Origin: Crocosphaera subtropica ATCC 51142
Lineage (GTDB): Bacteria > Cyanobacteriota > Cyanobacteriia > Cyanobacteriales > Microcystaceae
Reading direction: 5' to 3'
NCBI RefSeq assembly: GCF_000017845.1
Contig: NC_010546.1
Coordinates: 1,560,001-1,592,000 of the forward strand
Length of the DNA: 32,000 nt
How positions within the stretch are numbered: the stretch's first letter is position 1; each line of letters opens with the position of its first letter. Below the pieces are notes generated by a model, which did not search any database, was not told the origin of the DNA, and saw only the letters and a list, made by a program, of their open reading frames with translations. This document shows positions 7,751-16,657 of the stretch, piece by piece. The translations under genes were made by a program, and so were the position numbers.

Positions 7751-9136
7751 TCATTGTTTGCTAATCGGTAACTTTAGCCAATTGCTTAAATTATAAGCCA
7801 ACCAATCTAATTCTGGATCACTAAGATTATCGCCTAAAGAAAATTTCTTTGTCCCTGCCCAAATGTTTATTTTAGATGGAATTTGGACTTGATCTCCGTC
7901 AGAATCTTTTTTATAGGATAAAGCAGTTTGCTCTAGTTTGATAATATCTTGTCGAGAAGCTTTAAGCCAGGGTGAACACACTAACCCTAAGATTTTATAA
8001 ACAAGAATAATCTCTGAAGAGGTAATTCTTAATCGTATCGTTCCAAATAAAGCAAATAAAATTGCCCAAATTAAGCCAATACCAACCCCTAAATGACAAA
8101 TAGCAAATAAAGCAGCGAACCATCCTCCAGAACTCCAAGTTGCCAAGGCACCAGCGTACCATACAAGGAGGAAAGAATTCCAAGCTACCGCAAAACCAAT
8201 AAGCGGAATTAAGGCTAGATGAAACCCATGAGGAGGAATAAGTATATCGAACATTTCTAAGGTCTGTCTCAGTCTTATTTTGCTGCCTGTGGGTTGAACC
8301 AGTTTGGTGGAGTGACTTTTTTGGAGACGGTCTTCTTGTAACGCTTCTAAAGCTTCTTCAGCAGAGTTCAACCGTAAATCAAGACTCGGTTCGGTGAGCC
8401 ATTGCAACCAATTAACCATATTAACCGATAAATTGACCTTATCGGCAAACAATAGTCGCATTTCTTTTTGAGGTAACTCATTAGGAGGATATCCTGTGGC
8501 CAAATAAATCAAAGTTGCACCTACAGCATAGAGATCAGATGCAGGAAGACAGCGATCGCCAAATTGTTCGGGCGGCATATATCCGTAGGTTCCGACGATG
8601 GTTTTAGTCCCACCATGCAGTACAGTTTGAACCGATCCAAAATCTACTAAATACACCTGTCCTACATTATGACCACTGCGATCGCCTAATAAAATATTAC
8701 TGGGTTTAATATCTCGATGGATCACAGAAGGTTGACGTTGATGCAAATAATTTAAAATATTTAATAGTTGGATTGCAATGTTTTTTATTTCCTCTTCACT
8801 AAAGCTTCTTCCAGACTCAATCCAATTTTGTAATGATTTTGCTTCAATATAATTTTGTACTAATGCGAAGCCTTTTCCGAGTTCCGTTTCTAGTTCAAAA
8901 TAGTCAATATATTGAGGAATCGAAGTATGATTTAGAGATTTTAGGGTTGCTGCTTCCCGTTCAAATAGTTTCAAATCATCCCATGTGAATTCAGGAGATA
9001 ATAATAATATTTTGACAACAACTGTTGATCCTGTTGGTAAATCATCGGCTAAAAATGTTCTGCGACCTTTTTGACGACCCAATAAAGATTTAATACAGTA
9101 TTGATGATTTAAAACTTGTCCAATTAATTGCTCCAT
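7751..9136 (-). CDS. Ser/Thr protein kinase with C-terminal membrane domain
   Basis: 461-aa ORF with Hanks kinase motifs (VVVKIL, HRDIKPSNILL, DFGS, GTYGYMPPEQ). These are followed by about three TM helices and a ~90-aa tail. Confidence 0.9.
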   Translation of the reverse strand: MEQLIGQVLNHQYCIKSLLGRQKGRRTFLADDLPTGSTVVVKILLLSPEFTWDDLKLFEREAATLKSLNHTSIPQYIDYFELETELGKGFALVQNYIEAKSLQNWIESGRSFSEEEIKNIAIQLLNILNYLHQRQPSVIHRDIKPSNILLGDRSGHNVGQVYLVDFGSVQTVLHGGTKTIVGTYGYMPPEQFGDRCLPASDLYAVGATLIYLATGYPPNELPQKEMRLLFADKVNLSVNMVNWLQWLTEPSLDLRLNSAEEALEALQEDRLQKSHSTKLVQPTGSKIRLRQTLEMFDILIPPHGFHLALIPLIGFAVAWNSFLLVWYAGALATWSSGGWFAALFAICHLGVGIGLIWAILFALFGTIRLRITSSEIILVYKILGLVCSPWLKASRQDIIKLEQTALSYKKDSDGDQVQIPSKINIWAGTKKFSLGDNLSDPELDWLAYNLSNWLKLPISKQ

Positions 9137-9305
9137 AATTTTAAAAAAGTTTTAGTAATAACTTAAGTTTCAATTATATTATTCCCATTATTTTAATTTT
9201 TCTAACTTATAAGGTATTAATTTCTTTTTAATCTTTTAAGTTAAAATAACGATAGTACATTTTCCTAGATTTAGACAGTTTTTGGAACTGTCGCCGACGT
9301 TGATT

Positions 9306-11240
9306 ATGAACTTTCCCCGTTTGCATCCTGACACCCTAGAAGAAGTTAAAGAAAAAATTGACATTTATGAAGTTGTTTCTGATTACGTTGTCCTTAAAAA
9401 AAGAGGTCAAAACTATGTCGGTCTATGTCCTTTTCACCAAGAGAAAACCCCTAGTTTCACCGTTAATCAGACCAAGCAACTTTATTACTGCTTTGGTTGT
9501 GGAGAAGGGGGAAATGGTATTAAATTTTTAATGGAGATTGGACAACAATCTTTTACTCAAGTTGTTTTAGAACTGGCAAAGCGTTATCAAGTTCCCATCA
9601 AAACATTAGAACCAGAAAAACGCCAAGAAATACAAAAAGAACTGTCTTTACGAGATCAATTATATGAAATTGTTGCTTTAACTAGCAATTTTTATGAACA
9701 CGCATTACAAGAACCATTAGGAGAAAATGCCCTTAATTATTTAACCCAAAAAAGACTATTAAAATTCCAAACTATACAACAATTTAACTTAGGTTATGCA
9801 CCGAGTGGATGGGAAACTTTATATCGTTATTTAGTAGAACAAAAACGTTATCCTATTGCATTAGTCGAACAAGCAGGACTCATTAAACCCAGAAAAAAAG
9901 GCAATGGTTATTATGATACATTCCGTGATCGCTTAATGATTCCGATTAAAGATATTCAAGGCCGTATTATTGCTTTTGGAGGGAGAAGTTTGACCGATGA
10001 AGAACCAAAATATCTGAATTCTCCCGACACACCCTTATTTAATAAAGGTAAGATTTTGTTTGCATTAGATCAAGCTAAAAATAGTATTCGTTCTTTAGAT
10101 AAAGTCATTGTTGTAGAGGGTTATTTTGATGCGATCGCCCTCCATGAAGCAGGAATTACTAACACTGTTGCTTCCCTAGGAACAGCTTTCAGTGAAAGTC
10201 AACTGAAACAGTTATTAAGATACACTGATTCAAAACAAGTTATCTTCAATTTTGATGCCGATAATGCAGGAATTAAAGCCACCCAGAGAGCCATTACTGA
10301 AATAGAATCCCTCATTTATTCTGGACAAGTTAACCTCAAAATTCTGAATATTCCTGATGGAAAAGATGCTGATGAGTTTATCAAGTCTCATAGTGATGGA
10401 GTTGAAAAATATCAAGAATTAATCGAAAAAGCACCTCTATGGCTAAACTGGGAAATTCAACAATTATTAATTGATAAAAACTTAAAACAAGCAGATCACT
10501 TTGAACAAGTTGCCCAAGGAATGGTTAAATTATTAAATAAACTATCAGATAATAATCAACGAAGTTATTATATTAGCTATTGTGCAGAACTGCTGGCTCA
10601 AGGTGACGCTAGAATTTTACCCCTTTATATAAAAAATCTACAAACTCAGTTAAATAAACCTTTGACAAAAGCTGCTCAGAAAAAAACAGATAAAACCTTT
10701 ATAAAACCTGAAGTCAGCACAGAAAATAATTTGTTGAAAGAAGCAGAAACAATTTTATTAAAAATTTATATTCATTATCCCGAATGTCGCCAAGAAATAT
10801 TCAATAAACTAGAAGATAATAATCTTTGTTTTAGCTTATCAGACCATCGAATCATTTGGCATAACTTACTAGAAATAGAAGAAGACACGTTAAATACAAC
10901 TAATGATAATAATGAGCAATTTATCTCTAAATTAGAAATAAAAATGGTAGAATTATCCCAAATAGTTAATAAAATATACGATCTTTTAAATTTTCGAGAA
11001 ATTGAACAATATGAAGATAGTAATAGACTCAATTTAATTATTGATGCTGCTTTAATTTCATTGAAAAAAGTGAACTTAGAAAAATATTGTCTTTATTGTG
11101 AACAAAAATATAAAAAGATTAATCCTCAAGAAGATCCCGTGAATTATCAATACTATTTAAACGAATATATTTCCAGTCGCCAAAAAATATTACAACTGCA
11201 ACCATTAAGAAGTTTCTCTCAATTAGATATTTATGGTTAA
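9306..11240 (+). CDS. dnaG: DNA primase DnaG
   Basis: Zinc-ribbon CPFHQEKTPSFTVNQTKQLYYCFGCGEGGN, then a TOPRIM region (VIVVEGYFDAIAL, NFDADNAG). ATG 9306 (MNFPRLHPDT) is preferred over the TTG 9282 used in the ORF track. Confidence 0.95.
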   Translation: MNFPRLHPDTLEEVKEKIDIYEVVSDYVVLKKRGQNYVGLCPFHQEKTPSFTVNQTKQLYYCFGCGEGGNGIKFLMEIGQQSFTQVVLELAKRYQVPIKTLEPEKRQEIQKELSLRDQLYEIVALTSNFYEHALQEPLGENALNYLTQKRLLKFQTIQQFNLGYAPSGWETLYRYLVEQKRYPIALVEQAGLIKPRKKGNGYYDTFRDRLMIPIKDIQGRIIAFGGRSLTDEEPKYLNSPDTPLFNKGKILFALDQAKNSIRSLDKVIVVEGYFDAIALHEAGITNTVASLGTAFSESQLKQLLRYTDSKQVIFNFDADNAGIKATQRAITEIESLIYSGQVNLKILNIPDGKDADEFIKSHSDGVEKYQELIEKAPLWLNWEIQQLLIDKNLKQADHFEQVAQGMVKLLNKLSDNNQRSYYISYCAELLAQGDARILPLYIKNLQTQLNKPLTKAAQKKTDKTFIKPEVSTENNLLKEAETILLKIYIHYPECRQEIFNKLEDNNLCFSLSDHRIIWHNLLEIEEDTLNTTNDNNEQFISKLEIKMVELSQIVNKIYDLLNFREIEQYEDSNRLNLIIDAALISLKKVNLEKYCLYCEQKYKKINPQEDPVNYQYYLNEYISSRQKILQLQPLRSFSQLDIYG

Positions 11241-11335
11241 TAATAAAAATCATCCCAAAGGATGATACTATAGAGGGAAGTTTGAGTATGAAATTCTGTT
11301 TTATCGTCAGAATAGTATAGATAATTGATACAGAT

Positions 11336-11497
11336 ATGAAAGTAACCATACCAAGCTCCTTAACAATTATCAAACAATGGTTTCATAATCATCTTGTTCA
11401 AGAAATTCCTAGTCATTTATCAATTTGTGAATTTGATTGTAAAGAGACTTATTGCGATTATCATATTTGGCAGAATTGTGAAAAAAAACAAAAATAA
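11336..11497 (+). CDS. Possible 53-aa Cys-rich small protein (below the ORF-track cutoff)
   Basis: ATG 11336 to TAA 11495-11497. The product is MKVTIPSSLTIIKQWFHNHLVQEIPSHLSICEFDCKETYCDYHIWQNCEKKQK, with a C-x3-C-x4-C-x7-C pattern. There is no clear SD, and the 3' end overlaps the U-tract of the opposite-strand terminator. Confidence 0.25.
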   Translation: MKVTIPSSLTIIKQWFHNHLVQEIPSHLSICEFDCKETYCDYHIWQNCEKKQK

Positions 11498-11525
11498 ACC
11501 CCAAGTATCTTGATCATACCTGGGG
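11481..11525 (-). terminator. Rho-independent terminator of the 11568-12005 gene
   Basis: On the minus strand, CCCCAGGTAT-gatcaag-ATACTTGGGG forms a 10-bp stem with one mismatch. It is followed by TTTATTTTTGTTTTTTTT. Confidence 0.65.
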
Positions 11526-11567
11526 ATTTCCGTTAAATTTATAGATAAGATTACAAGAAAACTCTAA

Positions 11568-12005
11568 TTAATCAAGATATCCCATCAATAAAGCGGGATC
11601 ATCGATGTCATTGGGTGCAACAGGACGATTTCCCATGACGGTATAAGTTTCACTCACATGTAAGTGACTTACCATAATGGGCCGTTGTCCTGATATGGTT
11701 AAAGTGCTTGAGATTTCCATACCACTAGCAACTACAGGACGAGAACCCCCCACTGATTTATATGTACTAACTACTTTAAGGTGACTTGCTTCTACAGGAC
11801 GGTTTCCAGGAAGCAAACCAGGTTCAGTAATTAACTGAATACCTTGAGTGCTTGTACTGGCCTTATCTTTAACAGATAAGGCACTGCTTTGCTTTTCTTC
11901 AGTGGCAGTAGAACGACTACTGCGAGTGGTTGTTTTGTTAGCGGTTGTGGTTTTTTGAGTTTCTGCGGTTTGAGTGCCGTTAGCGTCAGTTTTTTGGACA
12001 GTCAT
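11568..12005 (-). CDS. Hypothetical protein with four GxRP(V/I) repeats
   Basis: 145-aa ORF. The N-terminal ~60 aa are T/Q/K/S-rich and low in complexity. Then GNRPV, GSRPV, GQRPI and GNRPV recur every 19-20 aa, each followed by a beta-strand-like segment (SHLKVVSTY, SGMEISSTL, SHLHVSETY). A strong terminator lies downstream. Confidence 0.75.
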   Translation of the reverse strand: MTVQKTDANGTQTAETQKTTTANKTTTRSSRSTATEEKQSSALSVKDKASTSTQGIQLITEPGLLPGNRPVEASHLKVVSTYKSVGGSRPVVASGMEISSTLTISGQRPIMVSHLHVSETYTVMGNRPVAPNDIDDPALLMGYLD

Positions 12006-12417
12006 AATTATTTATCTCCTGAATATTATTATTCTAAGCTTAGGGGATCAAGCATACCGAAGACAATTCAAGGGTAAAATTGAGAACAGGTTATAAACTT
12101 GTCTCAAAACAGTAATCTTCAATATATACCATGAATAGGCAAAAACCTATTCAATCTTAGTTCATAATAAACCTCTATTCCCTTTTAGCCTAGTGATTTA
12201 GAAAAAACTTGACAATATAAGCTGATGATAATTATTTTGTTAGTTAAAGATAGCTTTCATCTATATAATCAATAAATGATTCTAATTAGTGAGAATTAGT
12301 AACGTTCATTACTTTTTAAACTAGGGTTAACCGTAAATAATTAATAATAAACCCTAAAATTAAACTAATAACTGATAATTGGTTGCTGCTAACCATTTTA
12401 ATAATACCCACCCACTT

Positions 12418-13485
12418 ATGGCCGTTTATTCATTTGAAGAAAAATATCGACGCTTAAGACAAGAATTACTCGGTGGGGCGATCGCTTTAGGGGGGGTTTT
12501 TTGCCTAGGAACCCTCTGGTATTATGTCATCGAAAAATGGTCATTCACTGAAGCTGCCTACATGACCATGATCACCTTATCCACCGTAGGGTTTTCTGAA
12601 GTCCGTCCCCTCGATGACAACTCCCGACTCTTTACCATTTTTTTAATTTTGATGGGAGTGATTACCATCGGTTATATTGTAAATCGTTTAACCGAAGCCT
12701 TAATTCAAGGTTATTTTCAAGAAGGAATTCGACAACGACAGGAGAAACGCTTGATAGATACCCTAGAACATCATTGTATTGTTTGCGGTTATGGTCGTAC
12801 GGCCCGACAAGTTGCCCTAGAATTTCAGGCCGAAGATGTCCCCTTCGTCATCATTGACTCTCGCCCCGAACAAGTTGAAGAAGCCAAACAATTAGGCTAC
12901 ATTGTCATTCAAGGAGACGCAACCCTAGATGAATGTTTGATCAACGCTAAAATCGATAAAGCCGTCTGTTTAGTATCTGCTTTAACCTCCGATGCGGAAA
13001 ACCTCTACACGGTTCTTTCTGCCAAAACCCTCAACCCCAAAATTCGGGCGATCGCCCGTGCCAGTACCGAAGAAGCGGTATTAAAACTCCAACGGGCCGG
13101 GGCTGATGCGGTGGTTTCTCCCTACATTACAGGGGGTAAACGACTGGCTGCGGCTGCTTTAAGACCCCAAGTGATGGACTTTGTGGATGGGATCTTAACC
13201 GGAAGCGATCGCACTTTTTACATGGAAGAATTTTTGCTCGATCCCAAGTTTTGTCCTTGCGTGGGTCAAACCCTTAGCGAAGCGAGACTGAGATTACAGT
13301 CCGGGGCCTTGGTGTTGGCCATTCGTCGCTCCGATGGTACTTTATTGGGGGGTCCAACGGGAGAAACCCAATTAATGGCCGGGGACTTATTAATTTGTAT
13401 GGGAACCCCCGAACAACTGCGACAACTCAACCAAATTTTAGGGCCCATTACCCCGTCTCCTGCCTTGAGGCCACCAAGACATTAA
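12418..13485 (+). CDS. Two-TM pore-loop cation channel with RCK (TrkA-N/TrkA-C) gating domains
   Basis: Pore loop MITLSTVGFSEV flanked by two TM helices, a Rossmann-type HHCIVCGYGRTARQVA, and a C-terminal TrkA-C-like segment. The start is ambiguous: ATG 12418 or TTG 12379. Confidence 0.85.
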   Translation: MAVYSFEEKYRRLRQELLGGAIALGGVFCLGTLWYYVIEKWSFTEAAYMTMITLSTVGFSEVRPLDDNSRLFTIFLILMGVITIGYIVNRLTEALIQGYFQEGIRQRQEKRLIDTLEHHCIVCGYGRTARQVALEFQAEDVPFVIIDSRPEQVEEAKQLGYIVIQGDATLDECLINAKIDKAVCLVSALTSDAENLYTVLSAKTLNPKIRAIARASTEEAVLKLQRAGADAVVSPYITGGKRLAAAALRPQVMDFVDGILTGSDRTFYMEEFLLDPKFCPCVGQTLSEARLRLQSGALVLAIRRSDGTLLGGPTGETQLMAGDLLICMGTPEQLRQLNQILGPITPSPALRPPRH

Positions 13486-13521
13486 CTCTCTCAAAAGGTT
13501 TAGCTCATATCTTACACCTTC

Positions 13522-13543
13522 GATTAAATTAGCTAGTTTAATC
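13522..13543. terminator. AT-rich palindrome between convergent genes (weak bidirectional terminator candidate)
   Basis: GATTAAA-ttagctag-TTTAATC. The stem is only 7 bp and AT-rich, and no clear U-tract follows. Confidence 0.25.
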
Positions 13544-13569
13544 TGATACCAAATCCGCTTATCATCGTA

Positions 13570-13598
13570 GAGTAATCTTCTGTCTCCCCCTGCCTCCT
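13570..13598. repeat. Second copy of the CT-rich 29-nt motif seen at 1-29
   Basis: GAGTAATCTTCTGTCTCCCCCTGCCTCCT matches positions 1-29 at 26 of 29 positions. It lies about 10 nt beyond the stop of the FGE gene. Confidence 0.4.
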
Positions 13599-13607
13599 GC
13601 CTTGAAT

Positions 13608-14594
13608 TTAAAGATTTTTCACCAAACGAAACCCGATATGAGTGGTTCCTGTATCCGGTGACTGGGACTCTCTAGCAGCCGGACGATAACGACTACAATA
13701 ATTCTTCGCACAAAGATGAGAACCGCCTTTTATAACATGAACTAACTGATCTTGTGGCTTTTTCGGGTCATATCCCCTCTCAGGACCTTTAGGGTTTGTT
13801 TTATGAGCCATATTGTCCCGTTCTACTTGATACCAGTCTTGAGTCCATTCCCACACATTCCCTGACATATCATAGAGTCCATAACCATTCGGAGGAAAGG
13901 AGCCAACTGGGGCTGCACCTACATAACCATCTGCTTTGGTATTAAAGAAAGGGAAAATACCTTGCCAAGTATTAGCGTTTTTTGCAGAATATTGATCCCC
14001 CCAAGTGTATTCTTTTTCTTGGAGTCCTCCCCGTGCTGCATATTCCCATTGCGCTTCGGTCGGGAGTTGTTTTCCGTCCCATTGTGCATAGGCTAAAGCA
14101 TCTTCGTAGGAAATATGAATGACAGGATAGTTATCTTTGCCGATAATATCACTCTCCTCCCCAAAAGGATGTTTCCAGTTAGCCCCTGTTACCCAATGCC
14201 ACCAACTGAGATAAGCAACCCGTTGGATACCTTCTTCTGGGGGTTGAAAGACCAAAGAGCCGGGTTTTCTCTGTTCGTCGGGTAGGTTGGGAAACTGTTC
14301 TTTAGAAAGAGGGCGTTCCGCAACAGTTTTGTAACCTGTTTCTTTGACAAATTGGGCAAACTGTCCATTGGTAATTTCATAGGTATCGATACAGAAACTA
14401 TCAACCGTTACATCATCAACAGGTTTTTCTTCAACAAAGTCTGAATGCTCCGACCCCATGCGAAAGGTTCCTCCAGGAATATAAGTCATTCCTTGGGGAC
14501 AAGAAAAAGACATTTGAGCAACTACCTTTGAGGGATTTAATAGTAAGAAAAAGGATAAAAATAGGATGAAGATAAGAGATTTCATTATTTTCAA
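13608..14594 (-). CDS. Secreted formylglycine-generating enzyme (SUMF1/FGE) family protein
   Basis: 328-aa ORF with an N-terminal signal peptide (LIFILFLSFFLLLNPSKVVA). FGE motifs are present: YEITNGQF, WEYAARGG, GNVWEWT, and the active-site pair GGSHLCAKNYCSRYR. Confidence 0.9.
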   Translation of the reverse strand: MKIMKSLIFILFLSFFLLLNPSKVVAQMSFSCPQGMTYIPGGTFRMGSEHSDFVEEKPVDDVTVDSFCIDTYEITNGQFAQFVKETGYKTVAERPLSKEQFPNLPDEQRKPGSLVFQPPEEGIQRVAYLSWWHWVTGANWKHPFGEESDIIGKDNYPVIHISYEDALAYAQWDGKQLPTEAQWEYAARGGLQEKEYTWGDQYSAKNANTWQGIFPFFNTKADGYVGAAPVGSFPPNGYGLYDMSGNVWEWTQDWYQVERDNMAHKTNPKGPERGYDPKKPQDQLVHVIKGGSHLCAKNYCSRYRPAARESQSPDTGTTHIGFRLVKNL

Positions 14595-14603
14595 TAGTCA
14601 GAA

Positions 14604-15467
14604 TTAACTCGGAGAATTTGATGCCAATTTAGCTAGTTGACGTTTACTCCAAAAAGAGTAAGGAAAAGCAGCGATCGCTCCTAAAATAGCATAGGCAACC
14701 AAAGCAGGAATAAAGGGCTTAGCCACCCCATTAATGAGCAAAATAAATAGCACTAAACCAATATTTCTGGCTACACTGGCAATGGCTAAACCGGATCTTT
14801 CTTCGACTTCTGTTCCTCCTAAAAAATGTCCGATGCTTAAGGCTACGATCGCTGTGATTGAAATAGCAATAATTGATAAAATATCTAATTTTAAAATTAA
14901 AGAAATAGCAATAGGTAATATAATTAAAACCATAAGGATAAATAATATATTAGCTAAAAGACTAAGGGGTTTGCCAATTGTTTCAGCCCATTGAGGTTTG
15001 ATTTTTTTGAGGAAAACACCGAGGCCAATGGGTAAAAATTGTACTTGAATGACTTGTTTGGCTACTTCTATCGCCTTGACTTTAATCGGTAAATCAAAAA
15101 TAGTATCAAACAGACTCAACGTTAAAGGTGTAATAATAACAGCAAGTATGGCTAAGGTTAATTGAAGACTGGTTGAATAAGGCGTGCTAACACCGGCCAT
15201 TTCAGAGCGTTTTGTAGTTAAAGGTGCGCCTGGAGATGCTGCTAAAAGAGCTAACACTGTAGCTGATTCTGGTGGTAATTTTAACACCCATAATAACAAG
15301 ATGACAATTAGGGGAACTAAGACAATAACTGCTAAAAGAGAGCGTAGTAATTTATTCGGATCACGCCACAAGAAAATTAATTTTTCTTTGGAAAAGTTAA
15401 CACCAATCGCTAACATTAACGTAAACAAAGTGACTTTAACAAAAATCGCAAAAAAAGGACTATTCAT
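14604..15467 (-). CDS. Polytopic membrane transporter, bile acid:Na+ symporter (BASS/SBF)-like
   Basis: 287-aa ORF that is hydrophobic throughout (about 8-9 helices). Size and pattern fit the SBF-like family. The family call comes from overall resemblance only. Confidence 0.6.
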   Translation of the reverse strand: MNSPFFAIFVKVTLFTLMLAIGVNFSKEKLIFLWRDPNKLLRSLLAVIVLVPLIVILLLWVLKLPPESATVLALLAASPGAPLTTKRSEMAGVSTPYSTSLQLTLAILAVIITPLTLSLFDTIFDLPIKVKAIEVAKQVIQVQFLPIGLGVFLKKIKPQWAETIGKPLSLLANILFILMVLIILPIAISLILKLDILSIIAISITAIVALSIGHFLGGTEVEERSGLAIASVARNIGLVLFILLINGVAKPFIPALVAYAILGAIAAFPYSFWSKRQLAKLASNSPS

Positions 15468-15477
15468 GGTGTTTATA

Positions 15478-16482
15478 TTATTCAGAAGTAAAAGAAAAAA
15501 CTTGTTTAAAATCTTGTTTCATACTGATCACTTTCCAATTATATTCTTTAGCTAACTCTAAAGCTTTTTCTGTTCCCTTAGTATAACGATATTCTCTAAT
15601 TTCATCGTCATGATGTAATAATAATGCTAAAGAAGGTTGATGCTCAATTACAGTATATTGCATCATTTCAATATCACCATCAGAATTTCCTACAGCAAGC
15701 ATCGGTTTTTTGCCAATAAAACGCTCAATATTAACGGGTTTACCCGCTTTATCATTAATGGGTTCTATTAGTTGCGGTTGACGAATAAATTGAGAATGAT
15801 TAGAAACAATTTCGTATGTTTTAAAAATATTGGAACCGATAACGTTTTCGGGAGCAATGTCATAAGCTTCTTCAGAGAAAAGACGAATAAAATCGAGTCC
15901 TCCCCCTGAACAAATATAGGTTTTAAACTGCTTATTTTGTAAATAAGTCAGTAATTCAAGCATAGGTTGATAAATAACTTGTTTATACAATTGATTAAAA
16001 CGGGGATGTTTTGCCGTATCTAGAAATTCTTTTGCTTCCTGTTCAAATTCTTTTTGACTCATTCCTGCATGAGTTACCATTGCTATTTCTAATAATTCAT
16101 TAACTGTTATGTTTGCTAAGTAGTCTTGATCATTTTCTAGTACAGCCTTAAAGGGTTGTTTGTCTTTCCATTCAGGAAATTTAGGGGCTAATTCACGAAT
16201 ACGAGAAAGGCTAAAAGCAGCTTGAAAATACATCGGTTTTTCTGCCCATAATGTCCCATCATTATCAAAGGTAGCAATTCTTAATTCTGGAGCAACGTAA
16301 TTAGGATTTTCAGGATCAGTAACATTTTCAACAAAATTAATAATGGTTTGTTTGTTTGTTCCTTCATTCCAGGAAGGTAAAGGATCACCCGTAATAGTTT
16401 GCGCCATAGCAACGTTTGAAAAAGTGAAAATGAATAGTATGACGATGATTATTATTTGTGTTAGTTTTAAATCAATTTTCAT
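15478..16482 (-). CDS. Secreted HAD-superfamily hydrolase (phosphatase-like)
   Basis: 334-aa ORF with signal peptide IIIIVILFIFTFSNVAMA. It has HAD motif I FDNDGTLW and a late GNSDGD motif. Confidence 0.8.
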   Translation of the reverse strand: MKIDLKLTQIIIIVILFIFTFSNVAMAQTITGDPLPSWNEGTNKQTIINFVENVTDPENPNYVAPELRIATFDNDGTLWAEKPMYFQAAFSLSRIRELAPKFPEWKDKQPFKAVLENDQDYLANITVNELLEIAMVTHAGMSQKEFEQEAKEFLDTAKHPRFNQLYKQVIYQPMLELLTYLQNKQFKTYICSGGGLDFIRLFSEEAYDIAPENVIGSNIFKTYEIVSNHSQFIRQPQLIEPINDKAGKPVNIERFIGKKPMLAVGNSDGDIEMMQYTVIEHQPSLALLLHHDDEIREYRYTKGTEKALELAKEYNWKVISMKQDFKQVFSFTSE

Positions 16483-16594
16483 AATAAATAATACAATTCA
16501 CAGTCTAATTCTTAGTAGATATTTTACAGATTATTCTTGTATCCTACACCGATATAAATAAATTTAATAATAACAACAAAATTACAAAGCCTTG

Positions 16595-16617
16595 TAAGGT
16601 GGGCAATGCCCACCTTA
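16595..16617 (-). terminator. Palindromic hairpin downstream of the sqdX-like gene
   Basis: TAAGGTGGGCA-a-TGCCCACCTTA is a near-perfect 23-nt palindrome 41 nt beyond the stop at 16658. The U-tract on the minus strand is weak (CTTTGT). Confidence 0.5.
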
Positions 16618-16657
16618 TTACTATTAAGAAATAACCATTCACTGTTAAGTTCATTAC

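Noticed and set aside
9274-9292. 7-bp hairpin GACAGTT-tttgg-AACTGTC, 14 nt upstream of the dnaG start
   Set aside because: It is too short and unremarkable to claim a regulatory role without conservation data.
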